Source of the DNA: Eledone cirrhosa
Taxonomy: Eukaryota
Length of the DNA stretch: 64,000 bases
Assembly: GCA_964016885.1 (NCBI GenBank)
Contig: OZ024741.1
Span: 203,608,001 to 203,672,000 of the forward strand
Direction: 5' to 3'
Below are positions 1 to 17,117 of the stretch, in pieces. A model generated the notes under the pieces. That model did no database searches and was not told the origin of the DNA. It saw only the letters and a program-made list of their open reading frames with translations. How positions within the stretch are numbered: the first letter of the stretch is position 1; each line of letters starts with the position of its first letter. Position numbers and translations under genes: made by a program.

Positions 1-174
1 TCAGGTAGACGCGCTCCATCATCCACTTTTCTAAAAAATAAATCATACACAAAACACCAGCATCAACAATTTTGCAAGAGATGTCAACATGAATGGACCT
101 GTTATTTTTATCTAAAGACATTTTTTCCAATTCCATCCCGCCCGTTCCTTCAATCTATCGTATTTCTCATTCTT

Positions 175-210
175 TCTTCTGATGAAGGATTTGCGTCCGA
201 AACGTTAAGA
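175..210 (+). ncRNA. Minimal type I hammerhead ribozyme (PLE pLTR type)
   Basis: TCTT-CTGATGA-A-GGA(tttgcg)TCC-GAAA-CG-TT-AAGA: stem I TCTT/AAGA, canonical core, palindromic ACGT stem III, GUU triplet; followed by a pyrimidine-rich tail and (TA)n. Confidence 0.7.
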
Positions 211-294
211 CCCTCCCCCTGATATATCAAGCGTTAACCTAATATATCCCTTCCATATTGTTGTTATTGTGTTGTTATTTCTGTTTACCTTTTA

Positions 295-318
295 CATATA
301 TATATATCAACCTATCTA

Positions 319-354
<36 letters not shown>

Positions 355-580
355 AACACACATATATATATATAAACATATATATATACATATATATATA
401 TATATGTATATATGTATATGCATACATACATACGTACGTACATACATATATACATATATACATGCATACATAAATACATACATACATACATACACACACA
501 CATACATACATACATACATACATACATACATACATACATACATACATACATACATACATACATACATACATACATGTATA
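295..580. repeat. (TA)n/(TACA)n microsatellite
   Basis: Direct reading. Confidence 0.95.
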
Positions 581-974
581 TGATGTGGATAGAACCACCT
601 AAATGTATATACTGATAATTTGCACATATGTTAATATACCGCAAAAGTCAATAAGTTTGCATACTGCGAACATGCACGTATTCTAAACATTTTGAATAGA
701 GCCTTTCCTGCACGAAACATTAACAATTTCGTTTTCCCCACAGCATGGTTATTGAAATTTATCAATTTTATTAACTGACGTTTGTAATCTCAAGCAACGA
801 CTAGCTTCCTGCGACTGACTTTTACTTTTTATTTACAGCATGTTGTTTCAGACGGTTTACATCTCTCACTTGCACATTAGGGTTAGGTTATTTTTTGTCT
901 GTGCAACCCATAAGACTAAATGTTACCGTTAAAATCTACGTGAAATGTGATGGGAATTAACAATCATTATTATA

Positions 975-1077
975 GGTTGACTTTGCGTTTCATCCTTACG
1001 GGGTCGATAAAATAAAGTACCAGTAATGCACTGGTTAATTGCTGGCCTTGTGCCTAAAGTAGAAACAATTATTATTA
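975..1077 (+). mobile_element. 5'-truncated tRNA-derived SINE (family A, ATT tail)
   Basis: GGTTGACTTTGC..CATCCTTACGGGGTCGATAAAATAAAGTACCAGT..GTAGAAACAATTATTATT, matching many copies in the window. Confidence 0.85.
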
Positions 1078-1143
1078 GAAATGCGAAGCGAAGGAATTCA
1101 AAGACTCAAAACACTGAGACACACCATACTACTAAAAACAAAA

Positions 1144-1210
<67 letters not shown>

Positions 1211-1505
1211 TAACATAGCATGAGAACATACTTTCTTAATATCGACACGCATACATACATGCATACATAGATACATACATACACTCGCACGCATATATGT
1301 ACAGATATATACATGTATCTGTATCTACGTATATGGAGTGGGATATATACATATATTTAATGCTTTATACATATAGCTGTATATATTTATAAGTGTTAAG
1401 CCTATTATAGATATGTGTGCTTGAGTGTGTATATGGGATATAATCATAATTGTTAAAGAATGTATATAATATATATATATATGCATGTGTGTGTGTGTGT
1501 GTGTA

Positions 1506-1557
<52 letters not shown>

Positions 1558-3704
1558 CACAGATAGACACATATATATGCACAGATAAATTTTGTATGCA
1601 TAGCTGTGTGATTATGTTGTTTACTGTATGTAAAACCCTTATGTATGTAAATGACACTATGTTCTGATTAATTTTCTTTGAAAGCATTTATTTCAATGAA
1701 ATCTTCTCCACAATCCTTCTGCTGTCGCCGTCTATCCCCCAGCCAACACCGGCAATTCTACGTCAAAACCTGCTGTCTTAACATTACGTATTAGATGCAC
1801 AAGTGAATGCCTTCGCCTGCTTGTTCTCCGGTCGAACACCGACATTGTTTATACGGCTCGCCTGTCTGCACCAGCTGTACAATTCTCTTTTCCATTTAAA
1901 TGCCTCTTATTCGCCGCACAATTTCTTCATTTTCTCCGAAACTCTTTCATTTTCAGTTTATCTCTTTCTCTTACCAAAGCCAAATCTTTTCCTTTTCCGT
2001 TCTCGTAAATCGAATATTAATTTCCTTCCCAAAACCATCTATATAATAATATCCGTTATTTTCTAAGATTTTCCACCTTTACTTCACGAATACCTATCTG
2101 CTGGTCTTAGCACGCGTGTTTCTGGAAATTGAATCCAACAGCTTTCATTTCTTTTTCCCTAATTCCATAATTCTATCCAAAATTACTTGTATTTTCTTAA
2201 CTTATTTGAAAAAGAGATACAGGTTTATTTGTAAATAATTATCACAATAATACAAAGGAAGAGAAAATAATTAAGAAAATGATAGAAGAAAAGAAAAAAA
2301 TGCTGGACAAATATATTGGGGAAAAACTTTAGACTCTTGATTGGTCGGTATGTCTCAGTTGCGTCCCGCAGTGAACAAGGTGGTGAAGGCATTACCGTGA
2401 AGAACAGCCAGCGATATCCACTGCATCACTCATTCCACCTCACGGCGCTCATTCCTCAGGCGTGTTGTTGTCCTCCCAATTTGATGAAGAAACCCGACTG
2501 TATGAGGAGCGGTCATCTCAATGTTGACCAACATAAACAAGGAACTACAATCAATGTCTTGTATCATCTTCCACTCTTCTGTGGCAGTCCAGGAACTAAG
2601 ATTTAAATAGGTTTTTTCTTTACCATTTCTTCTGCTTTCTGTGTCAAATTCTACCAGGATTCTCTCTATTATACACACATATGCTACTACATATGACCTT
2701 CGATACCTTTCAACCATATATTTATTGATCTCATATATCTATAAAATACCTCATTTTATGGATATAAAGATAAGGACACTTGTCTATTTATGAACGATCG
2801 ATTGGTAGTGAAATATGTTTCGTCAATCTCAGATGTTTTATGAATACAAATAACAGAATGTTTTCACAGCGAGGCCTATAAACTATAGTTATACATACAA
2901 TTTGTCTTAAATTATCTAATTTGTCTTAAATTATCTAATACACGCCGTATTATCCACAAACATACAATATATACCTAATTACATTGCCAGCGTATGTACA
3001 TTATGCGTTTGTACATATGTCAAGTCCTAGTTTGTGTTTGATATAAACAGGGCATGAACACATGGGTAGTAGTTTACTGATGATCTACCAATTAGCCGAG
3101 AAACATATTTTGGCAATCTCTTGAGATTTTCTGAATAAAAAGAGCAGTTATACTTACTTTCAATTTTTTGAAAAGCTATTGTGTTTCTGCAACAAAGATT
3201 AATATGAGAATTCACCTATGTTAAAATTGAATTGAGAAACAACTGGACGAACCCCACCCCCAAAAGGTGGGATGGAAAGACCCGATCATCAAATCAGATC
3301 AAGAAAATAATGTCTCAGTTGGTTTTTTTCATTGCTGATATTATCTGCGGTCACAACTCCTGGCAGAAGGAGTCAGAATTTAAATAAAGAACGCACGGAA
3401 CCGGATTAGATAACGGAAAGCATCCTGGCATACTCTTTACTGAATCCACCATGCGACCACCGAAAGACCGGTACTTTATTTATCGACTCCGAAAAGATAA
3501 AAGTCAAAGTTGACAACTGCGGGATTTTAACTCGAAGCACAGTAACACCGAACAAACACCAAAGACTTAATCTGACGCTCGAACGTCTCTGCCAACTCGA
3601 TACAATATATAATCTACCGTTTCAGCTACCTTGATACCCAATGATGGCTAATATCAGCAAAGGGTCTATAACTTTGTGGCCTCACACACTAGTCTTTACT
3701 ACCT

Positions 3705-3995
3705 AGTTTAGTGGTTTGGTTGTTTGGCTCACGATCCTAGCACCGGGAGTTCGATTATCGGCGATGTGTTGGGTCCTTGAGCAAGACATTTCAATTCATA
3801 TTTCTCCCGAACACTCAGCTGGAAAAATCGAGTTACACCTGTAATTGAAACCGCTAGTGTTGTCATTCTCAGTATCACACTGACTCTCCCTGAGAACTAC
3901 ATTAAGGGTATACGTGGCAGTAGAATGAATGCACAGCCACATAACCGAAGATTTCATGAACAGGCTGTCCCATTGATCGAACAACTGGAACGCTT
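3705..3995 (+). mobile_element. tRNA-derived SINE (family B), diverged
   Basis: A-box-like GTTTAGTGGT, B-box GTTCGATT, GTCCTTGAGCAAGACA motif; related segments near 25505, 26140, 29850, 40290, 48380. Confidence 0.65.
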
Positions 3996-4023
3996 GCTTG
4001 AACAGACAGAGGTCCAATAGGCA

Positions 4024-6285
<2,262 letters not shown>

Positions 6286-6407
6286 AGATAGATAGCTAGA
6301 AGGCTGGGGGAGGGGGAGAAAGAGAAAGGGAATGTGATTGTTCAAACATTATGAGTGTTATGTGATAACATGAGTATATTTAGCCAGTATTTAAGTAAAC
6401 AGAGTTG

Positions 6408-6450
6408 CTCGCTCTCCTGTCTTTTCCTCTCTCTCTCTCGCTCTCCTGTC

Positions 6451-6482
<32 letters not shown>

Positions 6483-6820
6483 GCTCTCCTGTCTTTTCCT
6501 CTCTCTCTCTCTCTCTCTCTCTCGCTCTCCTGTCTTTTCCTCTCTCTCTCTCTTTCGCTCTCCTGTCTTTTCCTCTCTCTCTCTCGCTCGCTCTCCTGTC
6601 TTTTCCTCTCTCTCTCTCGCTCGCTCTCCTGTCTTTTCCTCTCTCTCTCTCTCGCTCGCTCTCCTGTCTTTTCCTCTCTCTCTCTCGCTCGCTCTCCTGT
6701 CTTTTCCTCTCTCTCTCTCGCTCGCTCTCCTGTCTTTTCCTCTCTCTCTCTCGCTCGCTCTCCTGTCTTTTCCTCTCTCTCTCTCTCTCGCTCTCCTGTC
6801 TTTTCCTCTCTCTCTCTCTG
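6408..6820. repeat. ~30-bp minisatellite CGCTCTCCTGTCTTTTC(CT)n
   Basis: About 13 tandem units with variable CT length. Confidence 0.95.
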
Positions 6821-7119
6821 TAAATGTGTTGCTAACCTTGATCATTCAATTTACTTAAGTAGTGTCTTTATTAGTCCGTATATTTCCGCAGCTCATGTTA
6901 ACAACACAATACAGATTTAGTAGTTTCCTCACTCTAACGTCAAAAGTACACACACGAACACAACACAATCTCTTGGTTGTAAAGGTTATTCTCTCTTTCT
7001 CTCTCTCCTCTCACTCACCCATCTCCTACCCCTTCTTCATACTCCTCTTTCCAGCTACCCCATCACTCGTTAGCTATCTGTCTATCTATCTATCCATCAA
7101 TCTATCTATTTATCGCTCC

Positions 7120-7231
<112 letters not shown>

Positions 7232-7372
7232 GTATGTATGTGTGTGTGTGGGGTATAATGGGATTCTACTTGCCATTGAAATATATATAGTGTCTGCAAA
7301 AATAAAACTTTTAAAAAAGAGAAAGAGGGGGCTGCAATAATCTAGGAAGGCTGAAAAGAGGCGGATGGGAAG

Positions 7373-7406
<34 letters not shown>

Positions 7407-7945
7407 CTTCCCATTATTGCAGCCCCCTCTTTCTCTTTGTCTATCTGCTCACCCCTGTTTCCCCTCAATATCTTCTACATGTGTCTTTATATCTCTATCC
7501 TTTTCTATCTTATTTCTGATATGCAACTTCGTAAGAGGTCAGCTAACCCTACATAAATGTGAGCTGTAAGAGCAACATGATATGACTGACGCTCCTACCC
7601 TTAAAACACCCAAGAAACTTCCTATCAGATACAACATTGTAGGAGGCCAGCTAAGTCTACACAGATGTGAGCTGTAACACCATGATAGGACTTGGGTCCC
7701 TATTATTTAAACAGCCAAGATGCAACCTTCTAGGAAGCCATATTAGGGTGAGGTGTAAATGAGGTTTTTTTTTCATTTTCATTTTACTGAGTTGTTAGTC
7801 TGGCGGTACCAAGTGTTATTCAGGCTCTTCTAAATCCATAGATCGAATTTATTGAACACAAATTAGTTATTGAGCAGCGACAGAGTCTGAATCATAATTC
7901 ACCACTGAAAACAAACAACTGGGGAATGTGTTTAGTACGAACTAT

Positions 7946-8018
<73 letters not shown>

Positions 8019-9104
8019 TATATGTGTGTAAATCCCGAGTTAAATCAGGGCTAACCAATGGTTTCATACGAATGAAACATTTCTAGTCCTATATTACATT
8101 TTGAAATATAATATATATATATAATATGTATAAATATACGTAAGTATGTATATGTTTACGCATGTGCGCGCCTGTGTATGCGTTTAGCTTTGTGTCTGTG
8201 CATATGCTTAAATCATGTAAATTTGACAAAAAAAATATAAGATTTGGAAAAATAACAAGTACGAGGATTAATATGGTCGACTAAATCCCTTTAAGTCTAA
8301 TGACTGAAAACTCTAAGAGATATATTAAGCGTTTTAATCTATATAAATTTTCATGATTACGAAACCTTTATAGCATATTCCCTGCATATTTCATCAATTA
8401 CACATATTAGATACAGAATAAATTCTTCAGGTTTCTTCAGAATTAAAGTCAGAAAGCATTCATAAATGCTTGTATGTGTTGGGTAGATTTTTCAAGAGAA
8501 ATCTAACAATTCTGAGTAGTTAACCATTCAAAGAATCTTAGTTTCAACAGCAGAATCATAGAAATTAATTAAATAATACACACATATATATTATATTATG
8601 TTATGTTATGTTATATTATATTATATTATATTTATTATATTATATTATATTGAAAATACAATAGTTCTCCAGTTTAATCATTTTCCTTAAGGATTTTTTA
8701 CATTTCCTTGTTAGTGCTATATGCTTAGTTTGGAACAGAAACGGAAATGCTTCGAAATGTTAATACACAAGGATTTAGAAATGCCACTGTACTAAGCACA
8801 AAGTACTAATAAAAGAAAGATGAAAAATCCTTAATAAAAACGAGCAAATTATATATATATATCAAAGGTATATATTGAGTTAGAAACTCAAAATAGTCTC
8901 TTACAATAAAATAGTTCAAGGAAAGAGATTTTTCCGAGCCATATATTATAACTGAATATAAAAGAGAGATAAACACAGACATATACATATATGTGATCAA
9001 ATCGTAAGGGACCAGATTCGCTAAGGTGAAAAAAATACTAACCAGACTCAATTTAAGAATAAATCAAGAACATAAATACAAGCCGGAATTGTGGTAACTA
9101 CCAA

Positions 9105-9184
9105 TCACCCATACAGCGTTTGGCTATGCTGTTTCGCAAATTAATTGTGAAAAGTATTACCAATCCTTGCTCATCAGTAGGTGA
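9105..9184 (-). ncRNA. Type I hammerhead ribozyme
   Basis: TCACCTA-CTGATGA-GCAA..TTGC-GAAA-CAGC..GCTG-TA-TGGGTGA; all three stems pair, GUA triplet. Confidence 0.85.
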
Positions 9185-9368
9185 AAATTCGGTGATATAT
9201 TCGGCTCTGTTAATTTGTCGAGCTAATTTAAATGTCGAGTAAACTTGGCTGCTATTTTTAGTGGTGTGACTTTGTGAGACACGCTAATTCTGATACCATG
9301 TGCGTTATTATATATACGCAAACTATTCAGTTGTCTAATATACTTAGAAGTGAGGAGATTACTAATTT

Positions 9369-9448
9369 TCACCCACTGATGAGCAAGAATTTGTAATCCT
9401 CTTCACAATTAATTTGCGAAACAGCATAGCCATACGTTGTATGGACGA
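9369..9448 (+). ncRNA. Type I hammerhead ribozyme (inverted copy, weaker stem I)
   Basis: CCA-CTGATGA-GCAA..TTGC-GAAA-CAGC..GTTG-TA-TGG. Confidence 0.75.
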
Positions 9449-9526
9449 TTGGTAGTTACCACAATTCCGGTTTGTATTTATTTTCTTGATTTATTCTTAA
9501 ATTGAGTCTGGCAAACCCTATTGTCC

Positions 9527-9598
<72 letters not shown>

Positions 9599-10169
9599 CT
9601 CACTCTCGTTTTTTCTCTCTCTCTATCCATCTCCCTTTCCCTTCTCCTCCTCACTTTTGGTTGCCCGTGTCTCTCTCTCACTTTCTCCTATCTATGTGAG
9701 AGACAGCACGATTATACCAGCTCTGAGTCGTAGCTGACCACCAGGCTAAAGTCTCCCAGGTTAGCCACAACTTACTTACTTTCCCTATTTTTCCACGGTT
9801 ACTTTTTTGCATGTTTCTTTCACCTGTGTGTTCCCACGATGGGACCTGTACACTTTTCTCCTATTCCCCTCCCCCTGTTCTTTCTCCTTTCCCTCTCTTT
9901 CCTTTTCTCTCTCCTTTTTTCTCCCCTTTTTTCCCTCTTTCTCTCTCCTTTTTCACCTGGCCTTTTGATTAATTAAAGGCCTCGAGCACACCCCAAATGC
10001 ACCGATTTCCTGTAATGCAGCGCCGAAACATCGGTTCGGGAAACATTTAGAGCTGACGATGGAAACTCCTTTCTTCCTTTCTCCTCCTGTTCCGTCCTAG
10101 CCACCATCATAAACGTTGTTTTTAGTAACCAAACAGCTCCTTTTGTTTCATAACTTTATATATATATAT

Positions 10170-10342
10170 ATATATTGTTATACTTTGGGAGGGTCATGTT
10201 GCCCATAAGAAACACACGCACCAGTTGCTTTCACTTCAATTTATTATAAATTTCCCGTTGGTTGTGGAACCAACCAACCAACCGGATAACATGGTGCGTG
10301 TGTTTCTTATTGGCAACATGACCCTCCCAAAGTATAACAGTA
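10170..10342. repeat. ~55-bp inverted repeat pair, probable PLE end; related pair at 45830-46258
   Basis: TGTTATACTTTGGGAGGGTCATGTTGCC.. and its reverse complement. Confidence 0.6.
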
Positions 10343-10689
10343 TCGGTTTCAACACACGTTTTCAGATAAAGAATCTTGCTAAACAAATTCAGAAACAAAA
10401 TATATATATATATATATGTTTTTGTACGTGTAACAAATGACTGATAAGTTTGGGAAAGCCAATACAATGCGGTAGAAATATATAAAGGGCAAAGGATGAC
10501 AAATAAAATAACAAAGTAATCTATTTCAACTTGATATTTCAGGGCTACTCCCCTCGTTTCAAATACAAAAACAAAAACGGTTTAAAACAAAACAAATGAT
10601 GGAGGTGTTCTTCCCTGACTGGCCTAACTGTCTAAAATACGCGTTCATTGAGCCGTTATAGTATTCAATACATTCCCAATGTCATTCCC

Positions 10690-11280
10690 AATCTGTTATT
10701 TATTTTTGGCAGTTCTTGTTAGTGATAATGGCCTCTTTGATTCTTAAATTTCTCATATTCCTTTCCGTCGCCTCTATAATGGCCACAATGTCTCGGCTTC
10801 GGCATCTGTCAAGATGCCTTTTGACAGAAGACGCTCTTGTCGTGCGCTTCCTGATTTGTTTGTGTCGCATCTAGACGGTACATCCGATGTACGAGGAGCT
10901 ACATTGTTTACATTTATCCTTATAGGCTACATACACTCTCATGTGTGGTTGACGGGATAGTTAGGAAGTGTGCACATATCGTTGTATGTTCGATGTCTGT
11001 AAACTAGTCTCCTTAATGAAGGTCTGGAGTGGGCTAGCTGTATATTCAAGCCCTCCTTATGGATGACCATTCGGATTGCAGCAGTTGTCTTCTCATTGAA
11101 ATGCTGCAGCTTTAGATAGCGTAGATTACCTCTAGGTTTGCGTGTCCTCCTTACCCTTTTACTGCCTTGGCATATCAGTGTTTGGTTAGAGAATTATGGT
11201 GGCCGTTCTCCGAATGCCACCGTGCTGGTATGTTTGTAATTATCCTCACTGCATCTGTTGCGTATCTGGGAGATAAGTCA
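10690..11280 (-). pseudogene. Degenerate Penelope-like GIY-YIG endonuclease fragment
   Basis: Frameshifted translation LKLQHFNEKTTAAIRMVIHKEGLNIQLAHSRPSL..CKQCSSSYIGCT..RNLRIKEA, homologous to 47385-47940. Confidence 0.8.
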
Positions 11281-11763
11281 TTTATTATATATCTCACAAT
11301 GCTTCGTATTAACTACACAAACAAATAAATATTCTTAAAAAGACTCCAGTTGCATTTTCGATTTCTTATACTTTCACTCGTGTAGGACATCTCGTTTTTT
11401 TTTTCATTTAAAAAAATCTCATTTTCTTATATATATATATATAAGAGAGTATTGAAGTTTGTTTGAAGCACTGTGGAACAATAAGTAAATATTTATAAGT
11501 TGTTTGGAAGCCTCGACAATGCAAATGGGTAAATCTCCGGGTAACAAGGTCCGGTGGTGGAGAGAGAGATATGTAAGTGGGTGTACGTTGAGATGCGTGG
11601 TGTGTATAAGATGTGTGAGATGTGTAGAATGAAGGGAAGAGTAAAAGAATAAAAATAATAATAACAACACAAGAGAGAGAGTTACCTTGGGAGAGATTTA
11701 ATAGTCCCTATATATTTCGGATTCACATCCATCAACTGGGGTTTTTTCCGGGGTGGGGGAAAT

Positions 11764-11835
<72 letters not shown>

Positions 11836-12037
11836 TTAGGGTAAATATTGATGCAATTCAATTCAAGCACTCAACGTACTTATTCCACATAGGAGTGACG
11901 GAGTAAATATCGAATAAGGAAAAGCGAAGTAGTTTCAGATGTTCAGATGTTAACGGATGATGTTAACACACTTCGTCCGTTCCCATGTCGATTCAATTTG
12001 GATTGCCTCGGAAACATAACCTTATTATGTAACAAGC

Positions 12038-12107
12038 TGTCTGACGATGTCGCGACACAGGCACACAGAACAGTGTGGCAACTGTCGCCATTGAAATATA
12101 TATCACA
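12038..12107 (+). ncRNA. Candidate hammerhead ribozyme between ~30-bp inverted repeats (11912-11943 / 12128-12160)
   Basis: TGT-CTGACGA..GCGACA..TGTCGC..GAAA-TATATA-TC-ACA; AUC triplet, short stem I. Confidence 0.55.
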
Positions 12108-12156
12108 CCATTATTATTAAAAGACTTGAACATCTGAAACTACTTCGCTTTTCCTT

Positions 12157-12211
<55 letters not shown>

Positions 12212-12837
12212 CATAATGTTAGGTTTAATCAATACATATAATATATGTTTCTAAGTAGAAGGCTCAATAAACATTTGTTTAGATCATCAATAATATAATA
12301 TAATTTAAACGATATATGAATATATATCGATTGACAAACGTACTACCGTTTAATACATATATACAAATATAGCAAAAAATATGTAGATGTAACTAAAAAT
12401 TAGGTGTTAAATAAAATCATTTTTCACATATAGATTATGTTATATCATGGTCATGTTTGGAAGTACGGCGTTTATAAAATAAGTTATATGTGAGTATTGT
12501 TTCTATTTGTCGCCTAATTTGTAATTAAATCTACATACATTCTGCTATATATGTATATATCTATGAAATGCTAGTACATTTCTCAATTGATATATATTCA
12601 TATATCGTTTAAAATTATATTATATTGTATTGTTCTAAGTGCAAACACATATATGTAAATCACTCTGTAATCTGGGTAGATTTTCTTTGAGGATACCTTA
12701 TGCGGTGGTCACCTACGACAATAACTACTGCTCTTACTGCCGTATCTCGATGCAACAATTCTTCCAAGGGAACATTGAATTCTAACAACGTTCGTTATCA
12801 GCAACACCACGACCAACTGGTATATATATATATATAT

Positions 12838-13048
12838 GCTCACCGACATCCAGAGTTGACATTGCACTCAGTGCACCTTTGGGAGCCCCTACATGGACAC
12901 ACTAGAAGAGGAAGACCAAGGTTAACGTATGTTGATGCCCTAAGGACAGACACTGGTCTGTTGGAGACGCAGGACATGGCAGCGATAATGAGGGACAGAG
13001 ACCGCTGGAGAGAACTCGTCCATGGATCTCTGGAATTTTACCCGCCTT

Positions 13049-13050
<2 letters not shown>
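12838..13050 (+). mobile_element. RTE-clade LINE 3' end within (TA)n
   Basis: [35 protein letters not shown] is a typical RTE C-terminus; second copy at 53383-53482 (-). Confidence 0.85.
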
Positions 13051-13101
<51 letters not shown>

Positions 13102-13132
13102 TATGTTATATATATATACTTATATATACATA

Positions 13133-13210
<78 letters not shown>

Positions 13211-13583
13211 TATGTATACGTACATAGATATATGTATAGAGACGTACAGTAGTATGTATATACATACATACATGCACACATATATATATGTACGTATGTA
13301 CGTATGGGTTTACAGAACATTTATTATAATGCTCGGTTTGTTTGTAAACAAACAGCCCGAATTATCAGCCGTACAGTGTTCAGCAACCATCGTTGCCATT
13401 TTGTTCAACACTGACAAAAGAACGATGAACTAGTTTCTAGCTTATTAGCTGTCATCAACACCGTATACCTTCCTGTCATTTGATTGAACATTTGAAAGTA
13501 TATACGTTCCTTATGCATATTAACGGCTGAGTACCCTAATTTGCATATAGAGTGAGTTAGTCAGCCGGGCGTACCGAAAGCGA

Positions 13584-13686
13584 TAAATGGAAAAAATGAA
13601 ATTTCATCTCTCACTCTTAGTACGGCTGATATTTAAGTATCAGCCGAACTAAGAGTGAGAAATGAAATTTCAATTTTTCCATTTAT
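13584..13686. repeat. Near-perfect ~100-bp foldback
   Basis: AATGGAAAAA..CTCTTAGTACGGCTGATA-loop-TATCAGCCGAACTAAGAG..TTTTTCCATT. Confidence 0.85.
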
Positions 13687-13748
13687 ATATTTATATATAT
13701 AGTAATAATAATAAATTTGAAGACTTGAAGACTAAAATCCAAATAAAC

Positions 13749-13788
<40 letters not shown>

Positions 13789-14134
13789 AAAACAGATTGA
13801 CTTTTTTAGTTTCAGAAGACCCCCGTTAAGGGTGAAAGTACCGATTCTTTGCTTAAACTTTAATCTGTTATTTTAATAAATATTTGCTCTACGGTTCTTA
13901 TATATTTGATATATATTTATCCTTATCGAGGCCTCTTTGGATTTTAGTCTTCAAATTTATTAATATTACTATATATATATATTATTATTACTATATATAT
14001 ATATGCCTTTTATAGATAATGATATATATGTATCGAAGTTTCCTTTGAAAATTGAAAAAGTCATAGGAGTGAAGAGTGCTCTATGTAAGTACCAGAGCTA
14101 AATTTAATGTCTAATAAACAATACAATATAATTA

Positions 14135-14202
14135 CCTCATTACCAGAGGTTTCCCGAATAAGACGAATACGAAAAATGTCCTCATTCGTTCATCGGACAA
14201 GG
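14135..14202 (-). ncRNA. Hammerhead ribozyme with CCGATGA (U4C) core
   Basis: CCTTGT-CCGATGA-A-CGAATGAGGAC..GTCTTATTCG-G-GAAA-CC(tct)GG-TA-ATGAGG. Confidence 0.75.
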
Positions 14203-14329
14203 CAATTTCCTTGTCTGATGAACGAATGGGGACGTTTTTTCGTATTTACGTTGAGTACTCTCAATATTATTACATTGCGATTGACCATACGGAATAGACC
14301 AGCTCTATCCAGTGGTGAACATCAAACCT

Positions 14330-14620
<291 letters not shown>

Positions 14621-14696
14621 GCTCATATATATATGAACAAATATATATATATAGGGAAAAGTATGACCACCGACGGCAGAGCTCATATAGTTCAAA

Positions 14697-14730
<34 letters not shown>

Positions 14731-17117
14731 ACAAGCATTTACACAGTTGACGTCTACCAAAACTCAGTCACAAGGTATGGCTTAAACTGAGGCTATAGTA
14801 CAATGCGTCACTGACTGTGGCTTAATTCTAAACTAGATTGCATGAGTGTGAATGTGTTTATTCGTATGTTGACGTACATACGCATTAAAATAGAAATGAA
14901 CACTGAAATGAGAAGGGCTCTTAACTACTTATTGGGCCGTTGGGGTGCCGTAGTGAGATACGGCACGTCTAGAGCATTTTAAACCTGGTGGAGATCATCC
15001 GTCTCAAGGTCTGAATACAACCGATTTCTTCCAGAGATAGTGAGAGATAGTGAGAGAGAGGGGGAGAGTGAGAGTGAGAAGGGAGAGATAGACATGGGAG
15101 TGAGAAAGAGACATAGAGAAATAATCGACCCCAGAACTGGACTGGTACTTTATTTATCGACCACAGCAGAATTTGGACTTAGGGCGTAGAGAGCCTGAAC
15201 GAATACTGCAAAGCATTTTATCCGACATCCAAACTCTACCACCTAGAAATGAATATTAATACGTATAAATATGCATATATTGTATTCTTTATTTCATGCA
15301 TGTATATTTGCTCATTTGTGTAGCTAGTGATTATACTTCATTCTTCTTCATAATCCTCAAAACAACATGGAGACTTGATAAATCGAAGATTGGCAATTCT
15401 CTTGCCTTTACGCAGATGATAATTACTGCCAACCTCGACCGGAAGTAAACACTTGGAGATGCTACGTTGCGTGGACGCCATGCTGATTCATGGAGTAGAC
15501 ATAAGCGGTGTGCAAATTTAGAAATGCCAACAGCTAATTACACAATGCAGGCCTCACGTGTCACTCACAATACACAGCTCACTACCTCCAATCTTTCACA
15601 CCCCCTGCTGAGATGTCTGTGAGACTTTTTGACTTCGCTAGACTTTTCTGGGATTGAGAGCCTTAGGCAATTTATTTTAACGAAAGTCAGATTTAAAATA
15701 TTCAGTGATAGTGGCAGTATACGCATTAAATAGATTTAATAAGAAATATGTGAATGTTTTAAGAGAACTGCTAAGATATTGCACATTTAATTTTATAACA
15801 ACATTTGTCTTTAATGTTTGTATAATTATATAAAATTCAATGGAAGAGATTAAATAATTTTATTCAACAGTTTATTATAGTAAAATTCTTCACTCTTAAC
15901 AACTCTACTTTACCATAGTTACATTTTTTCTAACATTTTCATCGTGGATATACTATTAAAATAGTCAGCCGGTATTTGAAAGATACGAAGTAGCAGTCAC
16001 TGAACACTTTTTCCATCTATATGTGTATTTTACCCGATTTTCTAAGCTATTATGTATAGCGACCAACTGTGCCTACAGTTATTTTCTGCGTCTGAATTTC
16101 TTACATAGATATGGTTTTGATGTCCCTAGGCCAGTCAGAGAGTTCATGACGACATGAAACATTAGCAAGTTTAAGTTTTATATTTAAATGAATTATCTGA
16201 ATATAGAAATCCATAAAGGTAAACTGGAAACACTAACCCAGTAACTGTAAATTTGTTTTATTGTACAAAACTCTTTTAAAAACAAAAACATATTTTGAAA
16301 CGTTATATTAAAAAATAAAAAAATTAAATACATTCAAAACCATAACTCATATCGTATATAAATGTTTAGCGCTTAATAGGAAAGCGTATAATCTTTTCCA
16401 TCGACCTCTAAGACTGATGTGAGGAAGGTATTAAAGACCTGGCCTAAACGCTGGAAACTGAGTGGACCCTTCTAAAGACTTCAAGGGCCACGTGGGGGTG
16501 CTAAACGTGTCGACCGATTAAGTCTACAAATCATGTGGCTAGTGTTGGATTTGAACTTGGACCACAAAAAGAGTGAACAAATATCACCAGGTATTCTACC
16601 AAACGCCCTAACAACACGCCCAATCTACCACCCTAGAGACAGCCTAACCACTGCTCCATTCCACCATCCTAGAGAGATACTTTATTTATCGACCACGGAA
16701 GGGTTCAAGGTAAAGTTGGTTTAGGCGGGATTTGAACACATGGAGATGGAATAAATCCCATAGGGTATTTTATCTGGCGCACTACCGCTATTGCTAATTT
16801 ACTTGTAGAAAACAAACGAAACATTCAACAACAAGCACTAAACTGCTATAGAATAGTTGTACATCCTCAAAGAACAATATTGCACCGATCTCAGCAACAT
16901 GAAGGTACAATTGGTGATGTTGTAGATAGATAGTTACATATAGATATATGTATGTGTGTGTACACTCACACATGCACATACACACACACACACACACAAA
17001 CACACATATATATATGTATAATATATGTATATATAAAGAGAGATACATGCATATATACATGTATATACACACACATATATATATATAACATATATATATA
17101 GAGAGAGAGGGGGGGGC

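Larger units (their letters stand above)
9041..9511. mobile_element. Inverted pair of Penelope-like pLTR fragments
   Basis: Arms ~9041-9200 and ~9355-9511 are diverged reverse complements, each containing a hammerhead. Confidence 0.75.

Noticed and set aside
2316-2717. Short overlapping ORFs in non-repetitive sequence
   Set aside because: No recognisable motif or convincing splice-site pair
6408-6820. Regular repeat with variable spacers resembling CRISPR
   Set aside because: Spacers are only (CT)n; eukaryotic context, no cas genes
10040-10075. CTGACGA followed closely by GAAA
   Set aside because: No stem II; other isolated CTGANGA hits (2452, 4322, 19159, 28540, 31733) also lack supporting helices
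13805-13850. CAGAAGA-CCC..GGG-T-GAAA hammerhead-like motif (also 53550-53590)
   Set aside because: Stem I and the NUH site cannot be formed convincingly; treated as degenerate
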